A DNA stretch of 24,000 bases, taken from the NCBI GenBank assembly GCA_039815185.1, contig JBCBZT010000036.1:50584-74583 (forward strand), read 5' to 3'. The notes under the pieces are model-generated. The model was not told the origin of the DNA and did not search any database. It saw nothing but the letters and a program-made list of their open reading frames with translations. Shown here in pieces: positions 1 to 10,290 of this stretch (the stretch's first letter is position 1; each line of letters opens with the position of its first letter). The DNA is from Cyanobacteria bacterium P01_A01_bin.123. Its GTDB lineage: Bacteria; Cyanobacteriota; Cyanobacteriia; Phormidesmidales; Phormidesmidaceae. Both the position numbers and the translations under genes were made by a program.

Positions 1-2
1 GA

Positions 3-443
3 ATGTATCGCGTCACGAAGTGGATTTATGTCTCGGCCGGGCAAACCCAACGTCAGTTTCGCTGGAGCCTGATTCATACCCCCGTGATGATCACTGCGAC
101 CGCGATCGGTGTGCAATGGGGAGCCTATGGCGTTGCCGTGGGTTATACCGTCGGCATGTGTTTGTTGAGCTACCCCGCAGTGGTTTATTGCGTACGGCAA
201 GCGCCGATTACGCTGGGCGATTTTTTAGGGTCTGTTTGGCGACCTGCGATCGCATCTATTCTATCGGCAATTTTGCTTTATTGCGCTCAATTGCTGATAC
301 CGCCAACGAAGATTTTAATCGTTGATTTGTGTGCTTCAGGTCTGATTTATACCCTCTTTTATATTTGTATTTGGCCAATGTTGCCAGGAGGCTATGCCCA
401 GGGTAGATCTTTTATCTCAGCATTGCTGAGTAAGCTCCGCTAA
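3..443 (+). CDS. C-terminal fragment of a Wzx/PST-type polysaccharide flippase-like membrane protein (5' end outside window)
   Basis: The frame is open from the window edge. The translation is a series of hydrophobic helices (GVQWGAYGVAVGYTVGMCLL, AILLYCAQLLIPP, LIYTLFYICIWPML), as in the last TM segments of PST exporters. It lies beside GT2 and other envelope-polysaccharide genes. The family call is by resemblance only. Confidence 0.55.
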   Translation: MYRVTKWIYVSAGQTQRQFRWSLIHTPVMITATAIGVQWGAYGVAVGYTVGMCLLSYPAVVYCVRQAPITLGDFLGSVWRPAIASILSAILLYCAQLLIPPTKILIVDLCASGLIYTLFYICIWPMLPGGYAQGRSFISALLSKLR

Positions 444-645
444 CTGTGCGCTTAGGTCTGAGTCTTAGCAAGGTAAAGGGCTGATATAACTATCTAAAAT
501 TCAGCATTAGTGGCTTGAATGTATGCCAAGAAATGTGATTAAGGCCAGTTAGCTTTCACAGTAATCATTCAGGAAATATGGGATTTTTTCAGTAGATTAA
601 CGGGAACGTATTGAGTTTACAAGATGTTTTACAGGTGGGATTTAT

Positions 646-2187
646 ATGCTTATCGATAGTCTTGAGATGGGTGAGCAAACGAAACTGCGGGGGCAGATCG
701 TGGTACTTGGTTCTGGCATCGCAGGCGCTGAGGTGGCAACCTATCTAGCCCGCCATGGCCGAGAGGTCGTACTTGTGGAAAGCGGACGTGAACAATTCGA
801 CCCGTCGATTCAGGCATTAAATGATGTCATCTTTTTGGGCAAACGCCATCGCGATTTAAATCCAAACTCTTACTACCACCAATATTTGCCACCGGCACTC
901 CGGGGCGTGAGTCGCGTTCGTCAGTTTGGGGGGACAAGCAACGTCTGGACTGGTAAGTGGAAATACCTGCAGCCGTGGGATTTTGACGGTAGACCTTGGA
1001 TCGCTGACAGTGGCTGGCCTATTAGCTTTGCGGATCTGCTTGAACACTACCGTTCTGCAGCGAAAGATTACGGGTTTGGTGATTTAGAGGCAGAGGCCGT
1101 GCGTCCTGAGATTATGGCGCTGCGGGCCAAGCTTGCTACCAGCGGGTTGAAAATCAGCAGCTTCTACTGGGAGCAGACACCCACACGCACAGCAGTGCGC
1201 TTTGGTGAAGAAATGCGTCAATCCAAAAATTTACAAGTTGTGTTGGGGGCAACCGCCACTGAGTTGCAGCTTGATGCGTCCTGTCAACGGGTAAAGGCCG
1301 TAGCTTGTCGCTCGCTTGAGGGTCGAGAGCTGATTGTTGAAGGTGATACCGTTGTGCTGGCAACTGGCGCGTTTGAAACGGCACGTCTCCTCCTGGCTTC
1401 TGACCGTCAACTCCCAGGGGGGATTGGCAATGCCCATGATCTCGTGGGGCGCTTCTACACCGATCATCCCAAGCACCACACTGGAAAATTATGGCCAGGC
1501 TCCCTGGCTCAAGCGTATGCCCATGAATTGCAATATGCGCCCAAGCCCCGTTTCTGCATCTGCTTTGCCCTGGATGATGCGACCCAACAAGATCAAGAAC
1601 TGCTTGAACATGTTTTGTACCTGCAACCAATCTACGAAGGGTTAGTGGATCGACTGCAGCGAACTTTGCGAGGTCGTCCGGTTTGCCGAGATGGCAATGG
1701 CCCAGTGGTTCACTACCGCGTCAAGTTTGTGACTGAACAGGCTCCCCACAAAGACAGCCGGATTAAACTCGGAACAGAACGTGACACCCTTGGCCAACGT
1801 AAGCTAGCGGTCGATTGGTGCTTTACGGATCACGATCGGCATTCGATGGCGAAGACGCTACAGCTTTTGACGCAGCGATTTGCAGAAGTTGGGTTGGGAA
1901 CCTTTGACTTTGGGGAGGATCCGCCAAGTTTAGAAACCATGACTGACGCCGCCCACCAAATGGGTACTACGCGTATGGCCAATAGTCCTGAGGCGGGTGT
2001 GGTTGACACCAATTGTCGAGTGTTTGGCACTGAAAACCTCTATGTCGCAGGTTCGGCCGTGTTTCCGACTGGGCCGTCATATTCACCTACCTTTACCATC
2101 TTGGCGTTGGCGCGTCGTCTGGGTCAGCATTTGCTGCAAGCAACCCCGACACCGCTTGGCAGTTACAGTGAGCTACATCGATTCTGA
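646..2187 (+). CDS. GMC-family FAD-dependent oxidoreductase
   Basis: N-terminal Rossmann/FAD motif VVLGSGIAGAEVATYLARHGREVVLVESG. C-terminal GMC-type block HQMGTTRM...GVVDTNCRVFGTENLYVAGSAVFPT. 513-aa uninterrupted ORF. Confidence 0.85.
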   Translation: MLIDSLEMGEQTKLRGQIVVLGSGIAGAEVATYLARHGREVVLVESGREQFDPSIQALNDVIFLGKRHRDLNPNSYYHQYLPPALRGVSRVRQFGGTSNVWTGKWKYLQPWDFDGRPWIADSGWPISFADLLEHYRSAAKDYGFGDLEAEAVRPEIMALRAKLATSGLKISSFYWEQTPTRTAVRFGEEMRQSKNLQVVLGATATELQLDASCQRVKAVACRSLEGRELIVEGDTVVLATGAFETARLLLASDRQLPGGIGNAHDLVGRFYTDHPKHHTGKLWPGSLAQAYAHELQYAPKPRFCICFALDDATQQDQELLEHVLYLQPIYEGLVDRLQRTLRGRPVCRDGNGPVVHYRVKFVTEQAPHKDSRIKLGTERDTLGQRKLAVDWCFTDHDRHSMAKTLQLLTQRFAEVGLGTFDFGEDPPSLETMTDAAHQMGTTRMANSPEAGVVDTNCRVFGTENLYVAGSAVFPTGPSYSPTFTILALARRLGQHLLQATPTPLGSYSELHRF

Positions 2188-2256
2188 TAGGACTGTTCTA
2201 CCGACAGAATTTTTGACGATAATTCGTTGTCGTGTCAATGATTTGAAGCTTGAACT

Positions 2257-3177
2257 ATGACTCCCCAGAATCTTGAGTTTTCTATTGTTATTCCAACCTA
2301 TAATCGTCCCGAGCGTCTGCAACAGTGTTTGATGAGCATTGGTGTTTTGGACTATCCTCGCGATCGCTTTGAAGTGATTGTGGTAGACGATGGCAGTCAG
2401 ATGTCTCTGGAGCCAGTTGTTAACCGATTTGAATCGCAGTTTTCATTACGCTTGATGCGGCAATCTAATGCTGGCCCTGCAAGCGCTCGTAACGCTGGGG
2501 CAGCGGTAGCGCAGGGTCACTATTTGGTGTTCACAGACGATGATTGCCAACCCGCTAAAGATTGGTTGACAGCACTGGCAGAAACCCTAGAAAAATGCCC
2601 TGATACTTTGGTGGGGGGGCATACGATAAACGCATTGCCCGAAAATCTTTACTCGACTGCCAGTCAGCTACTGATTGATTACCTCTATGACTATTACAAT
2701 CAATGCCAGGAAGAGGTAACCTTCTTTGCCTCTAATAACTTTGCTGTACCCCGGACTCCCTATCAAACAATAGGTGGATTTGACACCAGTTTTCCCCTAG
2801 CCGCAGGAGAAGATCGTGAGTTTTGCGATCGCTGGCGACACCACCAATTTAAAATGTGCTACGCACCCGCGATGCAGATTAATCACACCCATACGCTGAC
2901 GTTAAAGTCCTTTTGGCGACAGCATTTTAATTATGGTCGAGGGGCTTTCTATTTCCACAAAATTCGGAGTCAACGGCAGGCAGAACCCATTAAGGTGGAG
3001 CCACTTTCCTTCTATATCAACTTGCTAACCTATCCTGGGTTGCAGAGCCTAGGTTGGCGTGCGCCGTTTCTATCAGGCCTTTTCTTACTATCGCAAATTG
3101 CTAACGTGGTGGGGTTCTTTTGGGAAAGGTATCAACAGACCTCTCTTCCACCGACACCAACCTCCGCGACATCTTAA
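2257..3177 (+). CDS. Family 2 glycosyltransferase (GT2)
   Basis: Classic GT2 N-terminus FSIVIPTYNRPERL, then VIVVDDGS and the FTDDDC (DxD-type) motif. Hydrophobic C-terminal tail. Confidence 0.85.
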   Translation: MTPQNLEFSIVIPTYNRPERLQQCLMSIGVLDYPRDRFEVIVVDDGSQMSLEPVVNRFESQFSLRLMRQSNAGPASARNAGAAVAQGHYLVFTDDDCQPAKDWLTALAETLEKCPDTLVGGHTINALPENLYSTASQLLIDYLYDYYNQCQEEVTFFASNNFAVPRTPYQTIGGFDTSFPLAAGEDREFCDRWRHHQFKMCYAPAMQINHTHTLTLKSFWRQHFNYGRGAFYFHKIRSQRQAEPIKVEPLSFYINLLTYPGLQSLGWRAPFLSGLFLLSQIANVVGFFWERYQQTSLPPTPTSATS

Positions 3178-3204
3178 CCACCAAGGAGACACCGATTTTG
3201 CCAC

Positions 3205-4959
3205 TTATTCCAGGCCGGGATCGCTATTTTTGGCAGGAATAAATCCAGCTTTGAACCCTCTGTTGGGATTGCGGAGTCGGACATCCAAATTGTTTGGCGA
3301 ACAGGGAATCGGGGCATCCCAGCACTGTCCTCTTCTGTCATTGATGGGTTTCACATAGGCAATATCAAAGGACTGTTGGGGTTCTACTGCTGTCGTTGGC
3401 ATCATGGGTGGGAGTAACCAGCGCTCTCGAAGATTGGTACTCGTCAAATAAATTGCACCTAAAATTCCGAGCCCAAACCAAAAGATTTTGAGTCTACGGT
3501 TAGTTGGGAGTCGAGGGAAAGATGGCTGCAATCGCCACTGAACTACTTTTTGAGCGCAAGGGATGCCTAAAATCGCGATCGCGATCGTGGGAATTAGGGT
3601 GAAATATCCCAAGCCAAAGCGAATCATAGGTGCCTGGAAAAGAATGAATACCATACCGATCAAGCCCAGGCAAAATAGCCAGGGGGTGCCAAGGATGCCC
3701 TGGCGTCGAGCGGCCTTGTAGGTAAACCCTGTGAGGGCAACCGATAGGATGAGTAGTAGCAACATAATGACATTCAAGCGGGCAAACTTGAGCCATTCCC
3801 AAAGTCGCCACAGCAGGGCGTTGGTTCCGGATGGGGGAGATCCTAGGGCATGCTCCCAAAGCTGGACGACTTTAGCGGCCTCGCTGGCAGTGGTTTCAGA
3901 AACACGCCAGGGTAGGTCGATGCATAATGCTGAAGAGGGGTAGAGCGGACAGCCAGAATGGATAATCCCTGCAGCCGTAAAGGGGACTAAAAGCAAGATG
4001 GATAGCCCGCCACCGACAAGCAACCGCCGAAGGTTTTGAGGCTGTTGCCCCCAGTAAAATAACCCCGCAATGGGTAAAAGTGGCAGTGCTGATAACTTAA
4101 TGGAGATGGCTCCAACAGCCAGTATTAAGGGGATTAATGATGCATCCCAAAGGGGCTTGTGAAAAGGCACAGAATTAGCATTACCCTGTCTGGGTAGGGC
4201 AGGGTTAGCAACGGTCAAAATGCTCCAGGCGACGGCAACTGTAAGAAAGATGACCGGGATATCGGGTGAAGACGATATTAATATGGCTGATAGAAATGTC
4301 GTGAGGGTGATTGCAGGCAAAATTAGAACGGATGCAATCACGATAAATTTATCGGTGACTCTGGCACGTCCTGACATCCATCTGTGCAAGGCAATTAGCC
4401 CGTGCCCAGTTGCAACTAGTAGGATGAACCCGTTAGTCACGACACTGGTTTGAGAGGCGATCGCTGCGGGGTTAAACGGGGCTGCTAGGGCAAACCAAGT
4501 TGAGGTGAATCCAAAATTGCTCAATATTAATGCTAAACCAGGTACAGTCCCGAATTCTGAAAGCCACCGAATGGCGCCATAGTGATACAACCCGGTATCG
4601 AACCAATTGTTGCGTTGGCTGGTGTAGGCCGCGATCAAAATTCCCCATCCGATTAACCCGAATAGAACGGGGCGTGATATTGTCTGCCGAATTTTACGAA
4701 ATTCTACCCGCATGGGTGGCCACATCAGCAGCAGTAGCAATGCTAAGGCAATGCCCAGACCTACCATCGGCGATAGGGGCAGCGCGATTGCAATCAACAG
4801 TAATCCTTGGGAGAGCAATACCGTGCCAAGCCATAGCGCTACCATGACGCGATCGCCCACACGGTCAAAACAGTCTGCGTTTAACCCTTGGATCAACGCG
4901 GTGCCCACAATCCAAGCTAACGTAGCCAGTATGCTCCATGCAGCAATGAAATAAAGCAT
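3205..4959 (-). CDS. Large polytopic membrane protein, possibly an O-antigen/EPS polymerase-like (Wzy-type) enzyme
   Basis: More than 10 hydrophobic segments are visible along the ORF. I prefer the ATG at 4959 (MLYFIAAWSIL...), which is preceded on the minus strand by AAGAGGAAAA, over the track start at 5016. Function is inferred only from topology and from polysaccharide-gene neighbours. Confidence 0.55.
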   Translation of the reverse strand: MLYFIAAWSILATLAWIVGTALIQGLNADCFDRVGDRVMVALWLGTVLLSQGLLLIAIALPLSPMVGLGIALALLLLLMWPPMRVEFRKIRQTISRPVLFGLIGWGILIAAYTSQRNNWFDTGLYHYGAIRWLSEFGTVPGLALILSNFGFTSTWFALAAPFNPAAIASQTSVVTNGFILLVATGHGLIALHRWMSGRARVTDKFIVIASVLILPAITLTTFLSAILISSSPDIPVIFLTVAVAWSILTVANPALPRQGNANSVPFHKPLWDASLIPLILAVGAISIKLSALPLLPIAGLFYWGQQPQNLRRLLVGGGLSILLLVPFTAAGIIHSGCPLYPSSALCIDLPWRVSETTASEAAKVVQLWEHALGSPPSGTNALLWRLWEWLKFARLNVIMLLLLILSVALTGFTYKAARRQGILGTPWLFCLGLIGMVFILFQAPMIRFGLGYFTLIPTIAIAILGIPCAQKVVQWRLQPSFPRLPTNRRLKIFWFGLGILGAIYLTSTNLRERWLLPPMMPTTAVEPQQSFDIAYVKPINDRRGQCWDAPIPCSPNNLDVRLRNPNRGFKAGFIPAKNSDPGLE

Positions 4960-5216
4960 CGCCGGTTTTCCTCTTTTCCAAACGTTGTGTTTGTCGCAGG
5001 ATGTAACTCCATCCACTGACTTGAAGCTACTCTGTTGGAGTCGTCAAGGACTTAGCACAGCCCCACGGAGGAATCACTCCCTCTAACTTAGTCCTAAAGT
5101 TGGGACTATTGGGACTATATTGTTTTGGCCAGGGCAGCCTCATTATATTTTGATGCAGCATCAACGCGGAAGTAGACATTGCAGGGCTTTAATGCCAGGG
5201 TTTCAATGGCTTTGAT

Positions 5217-5262
5217 CTGACAACCCTGCCCCCAGATCAAATCTGGGGGGCAGGGTTGTCAG
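5217..5262. repeat. 46-nt near-perfect inverted repeat (about 21-bp stem, 3-nt loop)
   Basis: ctgacaaccctgcccccagat-caa-atctggggggcagggttgtcag. The arms are complementary apart from one extra G (C5 versus G6). It lies in the eno-downstream intergenic space. Neither strand has a flanking U-tract. Confidence 0.85.
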
Positions 5263-5288
5263 AAGAATTTCTAGCGTGGGGACTTTAC

Positions 5289-5328
5289 GGTTGGGGTAGG
5301 GATGGGAGTCTTCTCACCCCTACCAACC
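5289..5328 (-). terminator. Candidate stem-loop about 65 nt downstream of the eno stop
   Basis: ggttgg(gg)taggg ... cccta-ccaacc gives 6+5 bp with a 2-nt bulge and a 16-nt loop. There is no clear U-run, so the terminator role is tentative. Confidence 0.3.
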
Positions 5329-5393
5329 TGTGCCAAGAATTCCTTTGTTTGCTTGAAACGACACAGTTACAGCGGGAGCGGCGGCGTTAACCC

Positions 5394-6734
<1,341 letters not shown>

Positions 6735-6812
6735 TTACCACCCCTAACTTACCGATCGCTTTGCCCAGTTCCTTAGAACCGCAGACAATTTAAATCTTTC
6801 CGGGGAAATATG

Positions 6813-6910
6813 GCGCTGGCCAGATTGCTTAATGCACCGGGTAGCACTGGGATACTCAGCACACAGGCAATCTGGGTCGCTGTAACCACAAAGCTTTGTG
6901 GTTACAGCGA
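6813..6910 (+). repeat. Structured ~100-nt dispersed repeat, copy A (MITE/REP-like)
   Basis: Roughly four-fifths identical, by hand alignment, to the reverse complement of 8303-8406. Contains an internal inverted repeat CCAGATTGC (6821-6829) / GCAATCTGG (6867-6875). Also contains a perfect 34-nt palindrome tcgctgtaaccacaaag|ctttgtggttacagcga (6877-6910). Confidence 0.75.
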
Positions 6911-6978
6911 TATCCCAACACGCGCTTTTAAGATTTTGCTCCACAATAGAAGAGTTGCTCCCCAATGAACACAAGCTT

Positions 6979-7416
6979 ATGCGACTACTGCACACCATGC
7001 TGCGGGTGAAAAACCTAGAAGAGTCTTTGCAGTTTTACTGCGATGTCTTGGGTATGAAACTCCTGCGCCAAAAGGACTACCCCGGTGGCGAGTTTACCCT
7101 GGCCTTTGTGGGTTATGGCGACGAAGCCGACCATAGCGTGCTAGAGCTGACCTACAACTGGGGCAAAGACGAGTACGACCTAGGGGACGCCTATGGCCAC
7201 ATTGCCCTCGGGGTTGATGACATCTACGGTACCTGTGCTCAAATTCGCCTGAAGGGCGGCAAAGTGGTGCGAGAACCCGGCCCGATGAAGCACGGCTCGA
7301 CGGTGATTGCCTTTGTAGAAGATCCCAATGGGTACAAGGTGGAGTTGATCCAACTCAGCACCCGAGGCTCGGCTCAGGCTCAATCTTCCAGTCAATCTGA
7401 ACCCGTGGCGGGATAA
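6979..7416 (+). CDS. gloA: Lactoylglutathione lyase (glyoxalase I)
   Basis: [30 protein letters not shown]...[11 protein letters not shown]...VLELTYNWG...[15 protein letters not shown]...GYKVELIQ is the canonical GloA pattern. I place the start at ATG 6979. The track start at 6898 would add a 27-aa extension overlapping repeat copy A. Confidence 0.9.
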   Translation: MRLLHTMLRVKNLEESLQFYCDVLGMKLLRQKDYPGGEFTLAFVGYGDEADHSVLELTYNWGKDEYDLGDAYGHIALGVDDIYGTCAQIRLKGGKVVREPGPMKHGSTVIAFVEDPNGYKVELIQLSTRGSAQAQSSSQSEPVAG

Positions 7417-7426
7417 CGGAGGAACT

Positions 7427-8191
7427 ATGCATCTCATCTTGCCCAAACCCTACCGTAGCGGTCTCACTGCGCTTGCCAGCCTCGTCTTGATAGTCAGCCT
7501 AGGCTGTTCGCCCACCCCCCCTGAACCCGATCAACCCACTGACCCTGAGCCCCAGGCCGCAGTACCCGACGAAGCGGCTCAAGTTGATGCTCAAGCTGAG
7601 TGGGATGCTCAACAGCAACACATTGCCTCAGTGATTGAGACGAAGGATCGGGCTGAGCTGATTGGGAATTCACCGACCAAGGGCTCGCCGGATGCTGAGA
7701 TCGTGCTGTTTAAATTTTCTGATTTTGAATGCCCTTACTGCGCGATCGCCTCGGGAGACATGAAAACCTTCATGGACGGTCGCGAAGATGTGCTTTACGT
7801 GTATAAGCACTTCCCGCTGAATCGCATTCACCCAGAGGCGACCCCTGCAGCTAGGGCAGCTTGGGCGGCTCAGCAGCAAGACCAGTTTTGGCTTTATCAT
7901 GACGGGTTGTTTGCTTACCAAGCGCGTTTGGGCGAAGACCTATACATAGAACTTGCCGAAGAAATTGGGTTGGATGTTGAGCAATTCAATCGCGATCGCA
8001 ATAGTGAAGCTGCTGCTGCCGCTGTCGAAAGCGACCTAAAGTTAGCGGAAGAACTGGAACTCAGGGGGACTCCGGCGTTCTTGATCAACGATTTGCTGGT
8101 TCCCGGTGGTGCGCCGCTAGAGTTCTTTGAAGAGGCCGTGATCAGAATTCAAGAACATAACGAAGCGCAGTCCAGTCAGGCGGATAGCTAG
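7427..8191 (+). CDS. DsbA-family thiol:disulfide oxidoreductase, probable lipoprotein
   Basis: Signal peptide with lipobox (LIVSLGCSP). Proline/acid-rich linker. Thioredoxin-fold active site FECPYC (CxxC) and the downstream GTPAFLIN cis-Pro-loop region. GGAGGA lies 5 nt upstream of the ATG. Confidence 0.8.
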   Translation: MHLILPKPYRSGLTALASLVLIVSLGCSPTPPEPDQPTDPEPQAAVPDEAAQVDAQAEWDAQQQHIASVIETKDRAELIGNSPTKGSPDAEIVLFKFSDFECPYCAIASGDMKTFMDGREDVLYVYKHFPLNRIHPEATPAARAAWAAQQQDQFWLYHDGLFAYQARLGEDLYIELAEEIGLDVEQFNRDRNSEAAAAAVESDLKLAEELELRGTPAFLINDLLVPGGAPLEFFEEAVIRIQEHNEAQSSQADS

Positions 8192-8302
8192 GTTGTGTGG
8201 CAAGAGGGTATTGCCTGCCGAATCGACGGCTCGATACAGGTACCTGTTGCTCTTTTTAATTTTGATGTAGGTTTCATCCACTCGCCCGAATCATTGCTGG
8301 AT

Positions 8303-8406
8303 CTGGCTTGCCGTAGCGCACAAAGCTTTGTGGCTACGGCAAGCCAGATTGCTTGGGTGTTGGGCATCCCAGGGATACTAGGTGCATTAAGCAATCTGGC
8401 CAGTGC
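8303..8406 (-). repeat. Structured ~100-nt dispersed repeat, copy B (inverted relative to copy A)
   Basis: The reverse complement aligns to 6813-6910. Hairpin ctggcttgccgtagc-g-cacaaagctttgtg-gctacggcaagccag (8303-8347). Internal inverted repeat CCAGATTGC (8344-8352) / GCAATCTGG (8391-8399). Confidence 0.75.
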
Positions 8407-8547
8407 TATAGATACCGACGGTAACGCTGATCCAGTAACGGGCTACAAGCCTGCACCCAGCGATAGATTGTCGTGTGGCCAAACTCAATCCCGCACTCGA
8501 CCATCATCGCTTCTAAATCTCAGTAGCTCAAGCCATAACCATCTACA

Positions 8548-8574
8548 CTCTGTTTTTGCAACAGAGCCCTTTTG
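8548..8574 (+). terminator. Candidate intrinsic terminator
   Basis: ctctgtt-tttgc-aacagag (7-bp stem) followed by cccTTTTg. The stem is weak and the T-run short. It is downstream of dsbA and repeat copy B. Confidence 0.3.
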
Positions 8575-8802
8575 AAGACCTCAGACGCGAATGGCAGAAT
8601 CGTATGCCTTCATGATCGCAGAGAGCGATTTATGAAGACCGTTGAGGAACTGGAAGCCTGATTCCAGTCTGCTTAAACAGAAATAGGGAGAGGGGCGATC
8701 GCGAATGACGAGCAAGTGAAATTTGACTACTCAATTCTGACAAATTCCGCTCTGCTGGTCCATCACGTGATATTCCTACACTAGAGTGCCTTGAGAGTGA
8801 AC

Positions 8803-10251
8803 ATGATAATAGACCATGAACCCCTTACCCTTGTTTGGATTGTCCTGCCCTTGTTTGTGGGGTTCAGCATTTATCTTTTGCCCAAATTGGATCGCGTTCT
8901 GGCAGTCACCATTTCCTTGATTTCGTTGGGCTACGGGTTATGGTATGTACTCAATCCGGCACCTATAACTTTACAACTATTAGATAGCTATGGCGTCAGC
9001 TTGCTCATCGACGGCCTGAGCGGTTTCTTTATTTTGACCAATGCCATCGTAACCCTGGCGGTCATTCTTTACTGTTGGCAGAGTGGAAAAGAAGCTTTCT
9101 TCTACACCCAAGCCATCATTTTGCATGGCAGCGTTAATGCAGTATTTGTTAGTGCAGATTTGATCAGCGTCTATGTTGCTCTAGAAGTCATCAGTATTGC
9201 CGCATTTTTGCTAATCGCCTACCCTCGCACTGACCGTTCCATTTGGGTAGGGCTGCGTTATTTATTTGTGAGTAATACAGCCATGCTGTTTTACCTGATG
9301 GGGGCAGTGTTGGTCTATCAAGCCAGCAATTCGTTTGCCTTTACGGGAATATCACAGGCTCCAGCAGAGGCTATTGCATTCATTTTTGTCGGCCTTTTGG
9401 CCAAAGGCGGGATCTTTGTTTCAGGGCTATGGCTGCCCCTGACCCATTCTGAATCGGAAACACCGATATCCGCTTTACTGTCAGGCGTTGTTGTCAAAGC
9501 AGGTGTCTTTCCGCTCGTCCGGTTTGCACTCATGGTGCCTGAGATTGACTCTATCGTTCGCATCTTTGGTGTGGCAACCGCGCTTTTAGGTGTCAGCTAC
9601 GCCGTATTTTCTAAAGATGCCAAGCGCATACTCGCATTTCACACGGTTTCTCAGCTCGGGTTTATCTTGGCGGCACCGGCTGTAGGCGGCTTTTATGCGC
9701 TCACCCACGGCCTGGTGAAATCGGCCCTTTTTCTGATTGTCGGCAACTTACCGAGTCGCAACATCAAAGTGCTGAAAGAAAATCCCATACCCATCTCTCT
9801 TTGGATCACGCTGGCGATCGCGAGTTTTTCGATCTCGGGCTTTCCACTCCTGGCGGGATTTGGCGCTAAAGTACTCACCTCAAAGAATCTAGTCCCCTGG
9901 CAAGTGATCGGCATGAATATCGCCGCATTAGGAACAGCCATCTCATTTGCTAAGTTTATTTTTCTGCCCCATACTCTAGAGCGCTCTGCATATACTGTGA
10001 AAAAGGGCTTTTGGCCAGCTGTGGTGCTGTTACTGAGCGGATTGGTTCTGGCGAATGGCTTTTACTATGAAGCCTATAGCTTGCAAAACAGTGTTAAACC
10101 GCTCATTACTATTGCAGCCGGTTGGCTGGCGTATTTACTGATCTTCCAAAAGTTATCGATTAAATTACCACGTGCGGCTGAGCAGTTTGACCATTTGATC
10201 GGTGCCATGAGCCTAATGTTAACTTTCCTTTTTTGGATGGTGCTTGCATAG
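8803..10251 (+). CDS. Proton-conducting membrane transporter subunit, NuoL/M/N - MrpD family, with no partner subunits in the window
   Basis: About 14 hydrophobic helices and the family-typical core GLWLPLTHSESETPISALLSGVVVKAGVFPLVRF. The track start is TTG 8791; ATG 8803 (MIIDHEPL...) is more likely. No adjacent mrp/nuo/ndh or DabA-like gene. Confidence 0.8.
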   Translation: MIIDHEPLTLVWIVLPLFVGFSIYLLPKLDRVLAVTISLISLGYGLWYVLNPAPITLQLLDSYGVSLLIDGLSGFFILTNAIVTLAVILYCWQSGKEAFFYTQAIILHGSVNAVFVSADLISVYVALEVISIAAFLLIAYPRTDRSIWVGLRYLFVSNTAMLFYLMGAVLVYQASNSFAFTGISQAPAEAIAFIFVGLLAKGGIFVSGLWLPLTHSESETPISALLSGVVVKAGVFPLVRFALMVPEIDSIVRIFGVATALLGVSYAVFSKDAKRILAFHTVSQLGFILAAPAVGGFYALTHGLVKSALFLIVGNLPSRNIKVLKENPIPISLWITLAIASFSISGFPLLAGFGAKVLTSKNLVPWQVIGMNIAALGTAISFAKFIFLPHTLERSAYTVKKGFWPAVVLLLSGLVLANGFYYEAYSLQNSVKPLITIAAGWLAYLLIFQKLSIKLPRAAEQFDHLIGAMSLMLTFLFWMVLA

Positions 10252-10290
10252 ATTGGCTATCGAGACTTGCTGTTGCGGTTGGCGATCGCA

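Noticed and set aside
6744-6998. 84-aa minus-strand ORF between eno and gloA
   Set aside because: It spans repeat copy A and the gloA start and has no motifs. It is a chance ORF in a divergent promoter region.
8195-8575. 126-aa plus-strand ORF after dsbA
   Set aside because: It runs straight through repeat copy B and its hairpins. Its translation is low-complexity and Ser/Leu-rich, and it has no RBS or recognisable motif. It is most likely non-coding.
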